Shown: positions 16,455 through 32,744 of the stretch, in pieces | Numbering within the stretch: the first letter of the stretch is position 1 | How the letters are laid out: each line of letters opens with the position of its first letter | Origin: Eledone cirrhosa | Lineage: Eukaryota | Reading direction: 5' to 3' | Assembly: GCA_964016885.1 (NCBI GenBank) | Contig: OZ024742.1 | Location: forward strand, 29,078,001-29,142,000 | Length of the DNA: 64,000 bases | The notes under the pieces: model-generated | The model's database searches: none | Told to the model about the DNA's origin: nothing | What the model saw: only the letters and a program-made list of their open reading frames with translations | Position numbers and translations under genes: made by a program

Positions 16455-16950
16455 TTTTTTTTTTTGTAAATAGTAAATAGGTTTATTTCCAATAGTTTAT
16501 AACGTTGCCTATTAATCAATATGGTTAGAAAATGGGGTCCCATGTACTGGCCTCCCCACAGCCCCGGTGGACTGGATGGAGAAGGCGTTTCCTCGGAGGG
16601 TGGTAAGGGAGATGCGCTGGGAGAGCCATTCCAACTCGCGGGGCTCACACCTGTGGCTGGCCAGCTCAGCGCCTATGGTGGTGAGTAGGGAGGTACCCCT
16701 AGGGCCAAGGACACCAAAAGTCTCCACTGCCAAGGGCACGACCGCGAACCTGTCGGAGAGCGACCGGTACTTGGAGAGTTTGGCCTCCTCAGCCCGATGT
16801 GCAGCAGAACCTGGGTTAGTCGCAGACTGCACCAGGTTGCGGCTGGAGAAAGTGTCACTGCAAGTGGCCATCCCAGACGAGGGGTTTGCCACCGCGGAAC
16901 GGGAAGATGGTCATACGATCTGGCCTTTTGCCACCCCCTTGCTCCAGCAA
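16455..16950 (-). mobile_element. 3' fragment of a CRE-type non-LTR retrotransposon (restriction-like endonuclease domain) with AATAAA and poly(A)
   Basis: Joining one frameshift gives KRPDRMTIFPFRGGKPLVWD.TCSDTFS..AEEAKLSKY..VPLAVETFGVLG..QRISLTTLRGNA. GC-rich island with an A11 tail on the minus strand. Confidence 0.85.
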
Positions 16951-17142
16951 TGAAATTAAACATTCGTACAGAGCTAGTAAGCCATAGCAGACCAGTGAAG
17001 GTATTTAATACTCCTTACAGTTAAGAAAGAAAAACTAGATAAACAGCCGGGAATAAAATATTGTGAAAAATAAAAACACCTGTGAAGCTGTAATATCTAA
17101 CACACTTACAGACACATGTTTTCACAATATTAATGGTATCGT

Positions 17143-17335
17143 AGGGCGGTGGATTGGCAGTATCGGTAGAGGGTCGAACGCCATGCTTTGTAGCATAGAG
17201 TTACGGCCCTTTGTGGTCTGAGATCAAATCCCTCCGAGATTAACTTTGCCTTTCATCCTTACGGGGTCGATAAAATAAAGTACCAGTAATACACTGAGAT
17301 AATTGCTGGCCTTGTGCCAAAAGTAGAAACAATTA
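17143..17335 (+). mobile_element. tRNA-derived SINE, family 1 (internal-deletion subfamily)
   Basis: gggcggtggattggcag head, B-box-like gatcaaatcc, and body aactttgcctttcatccttacggggtcgataaaataaagtaccagt shared with other copies in the window. Confidence 0.85.
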
Positions 17336-17692
17336 ATGGTATAGTCCAAAAACAGGGGGGGGGGGGGGCGTCTTTGTTATTGAAAAAAATACAGGTTTAA
17401 GAGTTCGATATTAATTTGAAATTTTTACACAGTACTATTTTTTTTTTTTTCCCTGGTTGAAAAATCATTGTTATATCGATGTTGTGAGATCGAATTTCAG
17501 CATTGCACAGTTTACATAAAGTTTTATGATTATCGTATTTTACTTCTCTAATTTCTAACTTTAGACAACTTGTTTATTGTATCAATGTATAAATTGGAAT
17601 TATTTTGAAATAATTTAGTTTTAATAAGAAAATACTTAACTTATTCAGACATCAGTCATCCTTGTGTATATGGTGTACTCTATGAGAGGGTG

Positions 17693-17835
17693 AAGGCGCA
17701 TGGCTTAGTGGTTAGAGCATTGGGCTTGCAATCAAAAGTTTATGAGTTCAATTCTCGGACCGAGTGATGTGTTGTTTCCTTGAGCAAGACACTATATTTC
17801 ACGTTGCTCCAGTTTACTCAGCTGTAGAAATGAGA
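17693..17835 (+). mobile_element. tRNA-derived SINE, family 2 (CORE-like domain)
   Basis: A box tggcttagtggttagag, B box gttcaattc, then ccttgagcaagacact..cacgttgctccagt..actcagctg. Confidence 0.8.
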
Positions 17836-17933
17836 TGATAGGGACTGGGGTCCCTATCATTAAAATCCTCCAAGACACCTCCAATGAGATATACCTTGGA
17901 GGAGGCCAGCTAAACCTGCATAGGTGTGACCTG

Positions 17934-17976
<43 letters not shown>

Positions 17977-18769
17977 ATGAGATGTGGGTGGTGGCTATTA
18001 GAGAGGGTGGTTTTGGCCATTCTCCGTGGTAATGACTTTGCCAAGTTGTCTGTGATGCGGCTGAGACACCGCTCAGACTAGCGTCTAGTGTCTGCACCCC
18101 TCTCCCTTCTTTCGTTGCTTGATTATTTTTTTTAGTTTTTCTTCTTTTCATTTCCCTTTTTCTTCCTTTTAATCGTATGTTTTGTATTCGAAATGTTATT
18201 TATACAATAGTGAAATAATAATTCCGGGATTTAAAATAAAAAGTGAAAAACAAATTACGTTGTCAATGAAATAATTTTTTTTTTTAATGAAAGCAGGTAT
18301 TTTGGTTTATTAATAAATATTTTTAAAATCATAAACAAATGTATTTCAGATAACAACACTAAATATGTTTTAAAATAGAAAATGAAGGGAAAGGCAAGGG
18401 CTCTGGGGTCATACTCAAGAATCATCCTGGCTTCGTCCACACAACATAGTAACTGCTACCAACAGGTTTTAGCTCAATTTATTATACCAGGGTACATCTA
18501 TATGTTTTCTCAATATACTAAACAAAGGAGTAGAATATCCCTAAATTCACACTCCACCATCTATAAATGTTGTCTATTAATTTTACTGATTAACGGAAAA
18601 CATTAATATATACTTTATAATAAAACAGAAAGGTAGCAGATTTTAACACAAGAAATGTTTATGTATCTCAAATGTATCCTAAATTATGAAAATTATGGCC
18701 TACAGTCCTGAAATGTAGGGGAATCCGGCAAACCAGTGTACACAATTTATTATGATTTAGTTAAAATCC

Positions 18770-18890
18770 CACCAAGTTCTACTTTACCTTTCATCATTCC
18801 ATCGTCGGTAAAATAAAGTACTGGGTCACTAAGATCGACTTAACTCTCTTCAAATGTTGATGTTCTTGTGCCTCAATTAGATATTATCAT
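18770..18890 (+). mobile_element. Degenerate SINE family 1 fragment
   Basis: actttacctttcatc..gtcggtaaaataaagtactggg..cttgtgcc. Confidence 0.6.
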
Positions 18891-19521
18891 TAATTTCAAA
18901 TGACAAGAATAATAGTCGATCACTGGAAAAAAATCGTTTAAAGAACACCTGAAACCGAAAACAAAAGCTTTGGAAGCGATACATGTGAGGGATAAAACCT
19001 TATATATCTCGGATGTCGAGAGAGTGCTTTAGAACTATCTTGTAGTGCCGCTGACCAATAAATCAGTATTTTTAGAAGATTTTAAGCCTGTTCCTACAGG
19101 CGGTGAATTGGCAGAGTTGTTAGAACGTCGGATAGAATGCTTTGTGGTATTCGTTCCAGCTCTCTCCTCTCGTGACTGAAGGAGATCTTTACTTTACTTT
19201 ATAAATCGTAGTTGAGAAAATCCGGAATGGGTAATTCTGGAGATGGGAAAAAGTGGTCAGTGATCCCTGGGAGGAATCGATACCCGCATTTCTTGGATGT
19301 ATGTTGAGTGTGGTAACCACTATGCTAAAAGGTGTAAGGTTACTTGAAACTAAATACACGAACCATAGAATGTTAAGTATTTTCTTATTAAAACTAAATT
19401 ATTTCAAAATAATTCCAATTTATACATTGATACAATAAACAAGCTTGATGTGTTCATAACACCTCACATTGAAAGATATCTTCGTGGAATCCAAGGACAA
19501 TTCCTGACCAAGTCCCTTTCT

Positions 19522-19808
19522 CTTCTTCTTCTTCTTCTTCTTCTTCTTCTTCTTCTTCTTCTTGTTTGGGGTCTACCCCTGATTCTCCTGCTGGCTGGTT
19601 TTATCCGTAAAATCCGTCCAGCGATTTGTTCCTGAGACATTCTAACTACATGCCCGCAATATCGGAGATTTGAGCTCTCAATTCACAATTCGAAGAAATA
19701 GCGGCTCAACTTGGAACGACTCTCTGATCTTCCATCTATGCACAATATCGAGTAACATTACTCAAAAAACTCTTTGGAGAAATCTTATTTCAGCCGCTTG
19801 TACCAACT
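19522..19808 (-). mobile_element. RTE-clade LINE 3' fragment ending in an (AAG)n tail
   Basis: Minus strand translates to LVQAAEIRFLQRVF..LLDIVHRWKIRESFQVEPLFLRI, homologous to the copy at 25.8 kb. Confidence 0.75.
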
Positions 19809-20205
19809 GCACGAAAAAGGAAAATTATCAGTTGACAACAAATTTAAGCTGTGCAAAATAAATACCGTAATTACCTACCATATTGACATGATGTGGTAAC
19901 TAGAACTCGAAAGTACTACGAAAGATGAAACTAACAACAAAGAGGAGTGAATATTTTGGTGGCTAAAGGTAATATTTATGGAAATTAAATAGAAATCTCG
20001 CTACCTATTGAAACACAATCAGCCTGATATGGTTGTTTGGGACCACAAAATTAACATACTCTGTTGTCGAAGTCAGCAGTCCACTCAGTGACAATGTAGC
20101 AACGAGAATACAAATGAAGATGATGTCTATGGACATGAAGAGTTTCTCAGAAAGAGCCAACAACGTACGCACATTTTTATTATCTATTCTATATGGTAGT
20201 TGTTG

Positions 20206-20460
20206 AGGCAGGCGGCCTAGTGGTAAGGGTGTTGGACTTACGATCATAATGTCGTGGATTCGATTCCCGCACACGGTTGTATGTTGTGTTCTTCAGTAAA
20301 ACACTTTCACGTTGCTTCAGTATACTCAGCTGAAAATGAGTACCAGCAATAGTTGAGATTTAATGCTGCAATGGACTAGAAACCTGTCCAATCTTGTACT
20401 CTCAGTCGCTTCACAACAAACAAATTGGGATAAGCGTCGGCCTGATGTGCCTTCAGGCCC
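20206..20460 (+). mobile_element. tRNA-derived SINE, family 2
   Basis: ggcctagtggtaaggg A box, gattcgattcc B box, cacgttgct.cagt.tactcagctgaaaatgagt. Confidence 0.8.
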
Positions 20461-21577
20461 GAGACAGACTTTAAACTTATATGACAATTAAAAAACAACA
20501 ATGTCACAATCATGTCAACTCTCCCTGTGGAACGGGAAAATCTCCCACCCACTTTGGAGTTGGTGAGAGATGTCTTCTCTTGTGACAATGTAAAATCTTC
20601 CCATTTTGCCTCATTTCTCCCTATTTTGGGGCACCTTTTCCATGGTACGTCCCGTTTGGGTTTTTAGAGGTTGGCAGGTCTAATGTCATTTCTTAACGTT
20701 GCCAACTATTCAGTCAAATGTTTTGTGTATTACTGACGACGCGAGTGGTTGACTCACATGATTGTCTCACTCGGCAGACAAATACCACACGCAGCAATTT
20801 TATCAAAATTTCTCGATGATGTTTGCATCTTTTGCCGATACACACCGACCACCGACGAAAGATGTTTATTTGTAACTGTTATTATTAAATACATTGACGA
20901 CGACAGAATAATGTTATTTGCGACAGAAATATAATCACGTTTCCAATGCTAAAATTACATTTTTTACTCAACATTTATTAATTTACCATGAAGCAAATTT
21001 CTCGTTATAACCTTGTCTCTAAATGGTAAATGCCTGTATTAATGTGTATGAATGTATTTAGAGGCTAACTATAACAGCGCGAACCAGCCAATAAATGGTT
21101 GCCACGCACCCTCATTCCCTTCCCCTCCACCGTTCGTCGGAAACATACATTTTGACGATACAATAATTCTTCACAAATGCTCTCATAAAAAGAATGTTGA
21201 AGGTGGCAAAATTCTAGTGTCAAAGATTTCATAATTAGAAAGACTACAACAAATTGATTGGCCATTGGGACTTGTAGAACACTTCATTAATTAAATATGA
21301 TATATGGATTCCATCACGAAGGGTTGAAAGATTTTTTACTTGTTTATGATTAAGAGGCAGCGAATTAGCTGAGAAGCAGAGTGGTTAAAACAATGGATAA
21401 CAGAAATCGGTTGCGTTCGAATTTTGGAGAGAGGGAAGGACTCCGAGATAAAATAATTGCTCCAAAAATATGTCATAAGGGCACATCTTAAGGTTCCTAC
21501 ATTTATACCTTATTTTTTACGAAAGATTTACTACCAAGAGCTGCTATAAAACATCCAGCATTAATTCTAATATATAA

Positions 21578-21800
21578 GGGCAGCGGATTTGGCAGTATCG
21601 GTAGGGCATCGGACAACATGCTTTTTCAGCATAGAGTTACGCACCTTTATGATCTGAGTTCAAATCCCGCCGAAGTTAACTTTGCCTTTCATCCTTACGG
21701 GGTCGATAAAATAAAGTACCAGTCACGCACTGGGTCGATTTAATCGACTCTGCCCTCCCCCAAAATTGTTGGCCTTCTGCCTATATAAGAAACCATTATA
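21578..21800 (+). mobile_element. tRNA-derived SINE, family 1, full length
   Basis: gggcagcggatttggcag..gagttcaaatccc..aactttgcctttcatcc..gtcgataaaataaagtacc..gaaaccatta. Confidence 0.88.
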
Positions 21801-22045
21801 TCTAATATATCAAAGGCTAAACATACCTCTAGCCCCTAAAAATGGATTCTGATTTTAAATAATTATTTCTAACATTGTCACAGGGTCAACAATTCGGAGC
21901 AAGAGGACAGTCGATACATAGACCTCAGTGCCTTATTGGTACTCTCTAAATACATGTAAACGAAATTCATCGTTCTTATTAATATATACACTCTGCATCG
22001 AGTGCTTGTTTTGGTACCACCCCCAGTAATTCAGTGAATTACTTA

Positions 22046-22083
<38 letters not shown>

Positions 22084-22264
22084 AATAGGGCCGCATATTC
22101 TACAGACTTAGCCATGCGAGCATTTTTTGAAACTATATATTAGATGGATCGATAAGATCCCAAGTCTCATTTGCTGACCGTGTTGGGTGGAGCTCCTCAC
22201 ATCGGACCAAGTAAACAGTATTTCCATTGGTATTTCCAATTGCTGATACTATCTACCGGTCGCA

Positions 22265-22392
22265 ACTCGCAGCAGAAAGAACATCGTGGATTAAAGTGTC
22301 TTGCTGAGGGACATAACTCATCGCCCGTTCTGGGAATCGAACTCGTACCTCACCATTTCAAACCCTAACCCTAACCCCTAAGTCACTCGTCT
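22265..22392 (-). mobile_element. SINE family 2 head (minus strand)
   Basis: Reverse complement contains gttcgattccc and tgtccctcagcaagacacttt. Confidence 0.65.
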
Positions 22393-22627
22393 ATATGTGG
22401 TTACGTGTGTGTGTTTTTTCCCTATTTTATTCCGTTTCTTCTTCTTCTACCTTTCTATTTCATCTTTTACTTTTCATTCTATCTATTGGTGAAGAACTAA
22501 TGTCCGAAACGTTAAGACTCTTTTCCTATTATTTTAATCATTAAGCTAATATGTTTCTTAGTTGTACTGTATCGTTTGCTTTGTTATTTGTGTTTACTTT
22601 TTACACACATACACACACATATCTAAA

Positions 22628-22653
22628 TAGTAGTAATGGTGGTGCTGGTGGTG

Positions 22654-22728
<75 letters not shown>

Positions 22729-23421
22729 TAGGTGGTAGTAGTAGTATAGGTGGTAGTAGTAGTATAGGTGGTAGTAGTAGTAGTGTGTGCGTATGAATGT
22801 GTGTGTATACACACTTGTGAAAGTGTGAGAGAGAATGTTATCTAGACATCTAAAGAACAACAGCATCAACCACAACAACAACAACAACCACAACAACAAC
22901 CACAGCAACAAAAACCACCACAACAACAACCACAACAACCACAACAACCACAACAACAACCACAACAACAACCACAACCACAACAACAACCACAGCAACA
23001 ACAACAACCAACAACAGACAATACAAAGATGTGATGAAATATCTAAAGATGTGAGAGGAATGAAGAGAAGTGAGAACAATGTCTAAATATATTAGATGGT
23101 GGGGTGGTGACTGATGAATGATAGAAGTGTGGGTAGGTGGTGGGACAGGGGGGTTGTGGGGGTACAGGGTGGGTGGTGGAGGTACAGGGTGGACTAGTGG
23201 GGGTACAGGATGGACTAGTGTGGTACAGGGGTCGTGGGGGTACAGTGTGGGGTAGGGTACAGGGTGGACTAGGGGTGGTGGTGGTGGTGGTGTTAGTGGT
23301 GGTGGTAGTAGTAGTGGTGGTAGTGGTGGTAGTAGTGATGGTGGTGGTGGTGGTAGTAGTAGTGGTGGTAGTAGTAGTAGTGGTGGTGATAGTGGTGGTG
23401 GTGGTAGTAGTAGTAGTAGTA

Positions 23422-23457
<36 letters not shown>

Positions 23458-23487
23458 CAGCAGTAGTAGCAGTAGTAGTAATAGTAA

Positions 23488-23520
<33 letters not shown>

Positions 23521-23690
23521 CGGCAGTAAGTAGTAGTAGTAGCAGCAGCAGCAGCACAGCAGCAGCAGTAGTAGTAGTAGTAGTAGTAGCAGTAGCAGCA
23601 GCAGTAGCAGCAGCAGTAGTAGTAGTAGCAGTAGTAGTAGCAGCAGTAGTAGTAGTAGTAGTAGTGTAGGTGATAGTAATGGTGGTGGCA
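22628..23690. repeat. Compound trinucleotide microsatellite complex (AGT, GGT, CAA, AGC) with short ggtacagggtggactag repeats
   Basis: Directly visible; it yields homopolymeric pseudo-ORFs. Confidence 0.95.
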
Positions 23691-25149
23691 GGAAGTAGAA
23701 CGTGATGCGCTGAAATATGGAAGATGTAATTTGTTATGTAAAGACAAACATTCGTACAATAGATATATCTGATGTATTTCAAGATATAAGACTTAGCTAT
23801 TCTAGGTAGGTCTGTTTATGTAATAACTAAGGAGTAATTGAGAGAGACTGTTCGAGAATGGTCGTGTCTAGACAAGACGTTAATCTAGACTAAGTGATTT
23901 TAATCCGAACCAATTCCATCTTTTCTGTAAGTGTCATTTCTCTAGAGAATTTAGCAGCACACACTATTTTGTGATGGTGAATTTCGTTCGAGACTACAAA
24001 GATATATATTTATATTAACAAGTTCCTTATCATAGAATTGTATTATCAATTTGCATCAAAACCGTAAGCTAAACTGACACTAAAAACAAATCTCCATCAG
24101 ATTCTATCTGATCAGCCCCCCCAACACACACCTGAAATTACGTAGATTTCTATATTAACATTTAATAGAGTTGATGGAAATAAAGAAATATAGTAAAGTA
24201 ACATTTGTATGATTGTATGTCCGTGTATGTAAATCCCATAACACGTTGATTTATGGCAGAGCGGTACTTGAAAAGATTTTATTTCTCTTTGTAGTCTGTT
24301 GTATTGTAGTTGTGTGTCTGACATTTATAGGGTCACGGAGATAATCAAATACCTTAAGTGACATCTGGGTTCATACACCACCGGGGTCGCTAAAATAAGT
24401 CCCTCATTTCCGGCCTGGAGGAGAGAAACGATTTCAGGGAGTATGCCATGCCCTAAAATGTATCCCATTCAAAGATTGGAGATAATTTCATTGAGGGCGC
24501 CATGCCGTAGCATTTACGACATTGTGCGTATGCCATAAATATTAATAATTATTATTAATGAGGGCGGTGGAAAGCAGAATCGGTACCGCATTGCAGAAAA
24601 TGTCTTAGAATAAATGTGAATTGATGATGGATGAGTTGGCAAAGGAGAAAAAGTAAAAACAACAAAACAATATTGTGGGAAAACATGAAGAGAGCTGCTC
24701 CTGTTGTGAAAGTTGTTACGGCGCTAGTTAAGACCTCATCGTATATTCATGAAAGAATATAGAGTTTCCTTTCAGTTGAAATGAAGGAGGAGGGATTGGT
24801 GAAGTGAGACCTCTATACAGGGAAATTAAGGATTTATAAGGAGCCAAACTCCGAGTAAGTACCCTTTTTTCTCTTTCCCCTTCTCTCTCCCTTTCTCTCT
24901 CTGTCTCCTTCTCTATTTCTATCCCTCTCTCTTTGTCGCACATACAGACACATACGGACACATAAGCTGACACATATACACACTTTTAACTGTTTAAATC
25001 TATGATTTCACAGTTTGTATAAATATATTTGTTGTGAGCGCCGCAAGGCTGAATGGTCTTGAGATTCGATTTACACATATTATGTATATGTGGTAAACAT
25101 TGGAAGAGTGACATTTGCCAAATCATTGAATCGAACTATGTGGTGTGAG

Positions 25150-26200
25150 TAAAACTAGGAAGACAGAAACTCTTTGGGAGGCTGTAGATAGCTCTAATTA
25201 TAAAGGAGCCCCCTTCTTAAACCTTCACAGTAAATTCTATGTTAAATGCCTGGCAAAGATATATAGGTATATTGTTGATACCAAGTTAGCAGAGGATCAA
25301 ATGGGTTGTCACCCGGGCATATTGTCATGTCTTTAGTTCATCATCTTCATGAACAGGAATGACATGCTCAGCCGGATTGGAAGAGGCATGGAGACTGGTG
25401 GGTTTAATACCAGTCGGTTGGAATTTGCAGACGACATGGTACTACTTAACTTGTTAGAAGGAGATCTCCGTCAAGCACTGGATAGGTTTGCTGCGGTGGG
25501 ATTGAGAATCAGTGCAGCGAAGAGTGAGACACGTCCACAAGACTGCGCAGTGTAATCTGCATGTGAGTGGAGTTGCACTGAAGCAAGTGGAGTTACACTG
25601 TAACAAGTGGAGTTGTACTGAAGCAAGTAGAGTAGTTCGAGTATCTTGGGGTGTTTTCATGAGTGGGGTAGGCAGGAAGCTTAATTATATGCAAGAATGT
25701 GAAGAGCTGGCGTATTTCTGCGCCAGCTTCATCAATAGGACATCGGAAGAAGGGAGGTAGGTTTAAAAGCCACACTCGCTATCTACAATTCAGTATTCGT
25801 GCCAACTCTTTCGAATCTTGGTTAACGACCGAAAGAATACGATCATTAATACAAGCAGCCAAAATAGGGCTCCTTCGAAGGCTCTTTGGAGTAATGTTAT
25901 TCGATAGAATGCATAGCTCGTATATCAGAGAGCCGCTCCAAGTAGAGCTACCACTTCTACGAATCGAGAGATTATTATGACCATGTGGTTAAAATGTCTA
26001 GGACAATAATTGCTGGATAGTTTTTACGAGTAAAACCAACTGGCAGGTGACTCGGAGGTAAACTCCGAGCAAGATGGTTGGATAACATCCATTGGCTCGG
26101 TCAGTCTCGCTTGAGGATCCAGCTGGATTAATTGAAGTTGATTGTTTCTGTAAATGGACCCTCTGGAAGGTGTGTTTCAGGATTCAAGAAGAAGAAGAAT
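25150..26200 (+). mobile_element. Degenerate RTE-clade LINE RT fragment with (GAA)n tail
   Basis: LEFADDMVLL..LRQALDRFAA.GLRISAAKSE and ESWLTTERIRSLIQAAKIGLLRRLFGV..IREPLQVE.PLLRIER, with multiple frameshifts. Confidence 0.85.
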
Positions 26201-26379
26201 TTGATAGAAATATATGTTTGATAATACTTAGAGAAAATTGGTCTGTTTCTATTTATTTCTATGTCTCTCCTCTTCTATATATCTGTCTACCTATCTACCT
26301 AACTGTTATTAATATAATCGTGGATGTGTCTACTTAACTATCTATCTACCTACATATCTTGGTCTATCTATCGAACACA

Positions 26380-28870
<2,491 letters not shown>

Positions 28871-29502
28871 ATATGTAAATATATGTGTGTATATTATATT
28901 CATGCCGTGGATATATATAGGTGTATGTCTGCGTGTGGACATGCGTCTATGTGTGCATGAGTGTGTGTATGTGTATGTAAGCATATATATATGCATTACT
29001 GAGAATGAGTGCGCGCATGTAATGGGAATGTTTGTGAATGTGTCTGTGAGTATGTGAGTATGTGTATGTGTCTAAGCTTGTGTGTGTGTACGGTGATATT
29101 TTCAGAACACATGCGATATTTTATCTATCTATATCGAATTCCAATTCTACTGATTAACCTAGTAAGAAATCTCGTTATTTTAGTTCAATCCAATCACATT
29201 TGTTACTAATAAATAAGAAATGTTGCTCTTTCTAACAACATATTCTACAGTAGAAGTAGACAACTGAGCCACCTGTCGGCCGTTGTTGACAATATTACAA
29301 AATAGCCGAATTGACGCCAGCTCGTTTCCTGTAATCAGCCATCTTGTATTTCTTGTCTTATTTTTATTTGTTTTTGTTGTAGCTTTTCTTTTGTATTTTA
29401 TTGTTTTGTATTATTCTCAAACTGTCGGACATTTTATGTGTGATAAAGAGAAATACGACAATAATCTTTCATACAGTTATTCAGTACTTCTAATGGATTT
29501 AC

Positions 29503-29551
<49 letters not shown>

Positions 29552-29903
29552 TATATATATATATATATACACAGTATATATATATATAATAAAGATGAAA
29601 TAAAAGATGGTTATAAGAGTTCCATATATTTTATTATACGTATTTAGAATACAAAATCATCCTGGGACAGAAATTGTGTTCTCTTCAGATAAAATAAGGT
29701 ACAATGATATGAGGCATAATAGCACTTGTTTATAGGAAAGTGCTAAGTCTACATATGACAGAAATATATGTGTTAGTACTATAGTAAAGAAATAGATAGG
29801 AAAATAGAAGAAAAGGAAAGAAGAAGAGAAAAAGGAAAAGGAAAGAGAAGAAAGAAAAAAAAGAAGGAAGAAGAGAGAGAGAGAGAGAGAGAGAGAGTGA
29901 GGG

Positions 29904-29943
<40 letters not shown>

Positions 29944-30503
29944 TTGATCATTTTGATCAGGAACGCTGTCAAAATGAAAACAGCTGTAAATAACGGTTAA
30001 AAAATATATTTATGAGGTGTATGTGCGAATATTATAGAAGGTATTCAAATATTAGAGGTCTAAATATAGAAACTGGGTATATTATTTTATATTGAGTTTA
30101 AATACTAAAAATTGGATTAAGAAGTGTAAAAATGTATTAATAAAATAAATATAAAAAGATTTTTATAAAATATAATAAAAATAGTCTATCTATGTCAAAA
30201 TTAATCATTTCTAGTAAAAATATATATGTGGGGTATACTATTTAATTTTTATTTTATATCAACAAGGAAATAAAGGAAATTGCTAGAATGATTTATAAAC
30301 GTAGAAAAACGTAGAGAAAATCTCATTATAAAATGACGTCATCATTTGTTTACAAAATCTACGAAGGTTTGAGCGAAAATCTAAGGCTATAGAAAAGAAG
30401 ATCAAAGGCTTAATATATAATGAGAAAACCAAAATAATACATTGTAGAATATAATGAAAGATGTGTAAAGATAACAGTGACTCGTGGAATAAGTTGTAGG
30501 ACA

Positions 30504-32740
30504 TCAGCTATATACTTTGTGAAAGGTCTTGTAGGATTTATGATTACAAAGTCCAAATAAATCGGTTCTTCGATTTATTATTGTGTTGAAATTCGAGATA
30601 ATGATACATTTTTCAACTAGACATAAATTACAAACACTAGATATGGATGCATTAGGGTATGTAGATGCGTTGTAGATTTTACGCCAAGAAATTTCGTAAT
30701 TTATATTTTTGTCTTTTAAGGACCAAATAAGTTCTGAGAGTGCGGTGCTGGTCCTTTTAAGTGGAGATTTAAATGTAGAAGAATGATTATAGAATCTTGC
30801 TTTAAAGGAGGTAGAAGTAGAGCCAATGTAGGTATAGGAATTGGTATTAGTTACCACTTTACATGCATATACTAGGTTTTTATCGAGACAGAAATTACTA
30901 AGAGGACAATTAGTTATAATAGAGCAGTTGCATTTACGATTAAAGTTATTTACAGTTATTGGCAAGTGGCCCAGGATTAATTATATTAGGATCAGGAGTG
31001 GTGGAATTAACTAAAGGAGGTGCTAGAGTTTCTAAATTTAGATTATTATTTGATGCATTCCTCAAAGTTACGTTTGACGTCGTATTTATACTTGTGTTAT
31101 TTTGATTAGAGTTTACATTGACGTCGGGCCTTATACTGTTATTATTATGACTCATATGAGTTATTATTTAATATTTTAGAATTATGTCTTGAGATAATTT
31201 TTGAAATGTTCGAAGTAATAGAATACGAGAATTTAATAGTATGCCTATTGAAAATCTTGTTATATATATGTGAAGGACGGAAGCTGTTATGTAATGCTCT
31301 AAAAAATAATTTAGGGATATTATTAATAACGGAAAGAGAGAAGGGAGCGTTGTACCAAAGGATATTTTTATATCTAGGTCTCCTCCTTTTGATTATTACT
31401 AGCTACATTACTAGAGTTATTATAACCTCTGCCAAGATTAAGTTCTTTAGTATACCTAATTTTGTCTACATATCCAGCCCTAGATAGCACATTATTATAA
31501 TAGCTTCGAAGATATGCTTATGAGAGGATAAATTAGAAATTCTTTTTTCTACGCTTTTGACTATAGCAGTTTTAACGTTATTAGGGTTGTTAGATTTAAA
31601 GTTAACGTAATTTAAGTTCTCATTATCCTTATGATATAGGTAATATAGGCCGGTATCTAGATTAAGGGATATATCAAGGAAATTTGCTAATTTATCATTA
31701 TTCTCAAATACAATTTTTAAGTTAAGATACTTAAATAGATCAAGTATTTTTTTCTTAAGTATATTAAAGTTTACAGTGTTACAATTAGAGAGAGTAAAGA
31801 GAGCATCATCACGATAAATCCCACTGCAAAGTTGGGGTATTTTCCGGCTTAAAGAATTCAAGATGAAAATTCCAACCAAGTAGGTCAGTTGAGCTGAATC
31901 CGAAGAACCCATGGCGATGTTGAAATTGTTGGAAGTACCCACTCTTGTCAAATATTCGTTCTTAAATTCCAAGATGGTTTTCCTAGCGGTGAGAATGTTG
32001 TTCATTTCTTCACTAGTAATGTCCGTATATTTTAAAGCATATGAGAGAGCCTTGTTTAGGAATGAAGGAGAAATAGAAGAGTAATAGCTAGCAATGTCTA
32101 ATTGAATAAATTTCAGTTTGTTTTTATTATTGAGGTCATTGAACCAGTCTATTACTTTAGATGAACCCAACCATAAATTTAGTTGAGATTTATACCTAAC
32201 CTGTGGGATAATTCTATCCAAGACGGATTTACTAACAACCCCTAGGTCAGATTTAGAATGGGCAATTAGTCTTACAGGCAAGTCGGTTCGAAAATTTATT
32301 TTATGATCCTTCAGACTAATCCTCGGAGTTCTTGGGAAGAAGGGTTCCGTTTTTTTCTCAATTCCGAGGTTGGTTATTATCTCATATGCTTCTCTATTGA
32401 TAGAATCCAGATTATCGTGCGTAGTTTTACGATATTTTTTTCTTAGTTCTTTAAAGATAAGGTTATTATATTTATCCTTACTTATGCCATATACATTATT
32501 TGTTTAGTCAGAATAATCTAATACGTTTTTAGAAAAATTAAGGTCATTAATTTTATTCTTAAGGTTGATAAGGTGTCCCTGGCCTCGATAAGGGTTTCTT
32601 TTGAATTTAAGTCCTCGTATAATTTTAGTTAATTCGTTATCAAAATGTGCTAAGTTTTTATTAAAGGGAGGATTTCTTCTGGAGCTAAATAATGAATTGA
32701 GGTTATTAGGTTCCTTTCTATAAAAATTTCCTTTTAACGT
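30504..32740 (-). pseudogene. Second, divergent Penelope-like element polyprotein (RT + CxCx5C + GIY-YIG), decayed
   Basis: DYSD*TNNVY, SLKDHKINF..PVRLI..KSDLG, FIQLDIASYYSSI, IAMGSSDSA, GIYRDDAL, NFLDISL, WYNAPFS, CNCSIITNCPL, LVY..YIGST..FKARF, CNLCLVEK. One stop at ~32504 and frameshifts near 31490 and 31150-30960. Confidence 0.92.
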
Positions 32741-32744
32741 TAGC

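Noticed and set aside
17693-17765. tRNA genes (also 20206, 62470)
   Set aside because: A/B boxes run directly into SINE bodies and there is no intact cloverleaf.
20506-20682. hAT-like MITE (gttggcaggtcta end)
   Set aside because: The left terminal repeat match is too degenerate and no target-site duplication is evident.
22362-22381. Telomeric (CCCTAA)n
   Set aside because: Only 2-3 units, inside a SINE head; most likely local slippage.
22551-23782. Poly-S/T/Y/N/P ORFs
   Set aside because: Trinucleotide microsatellite translations.
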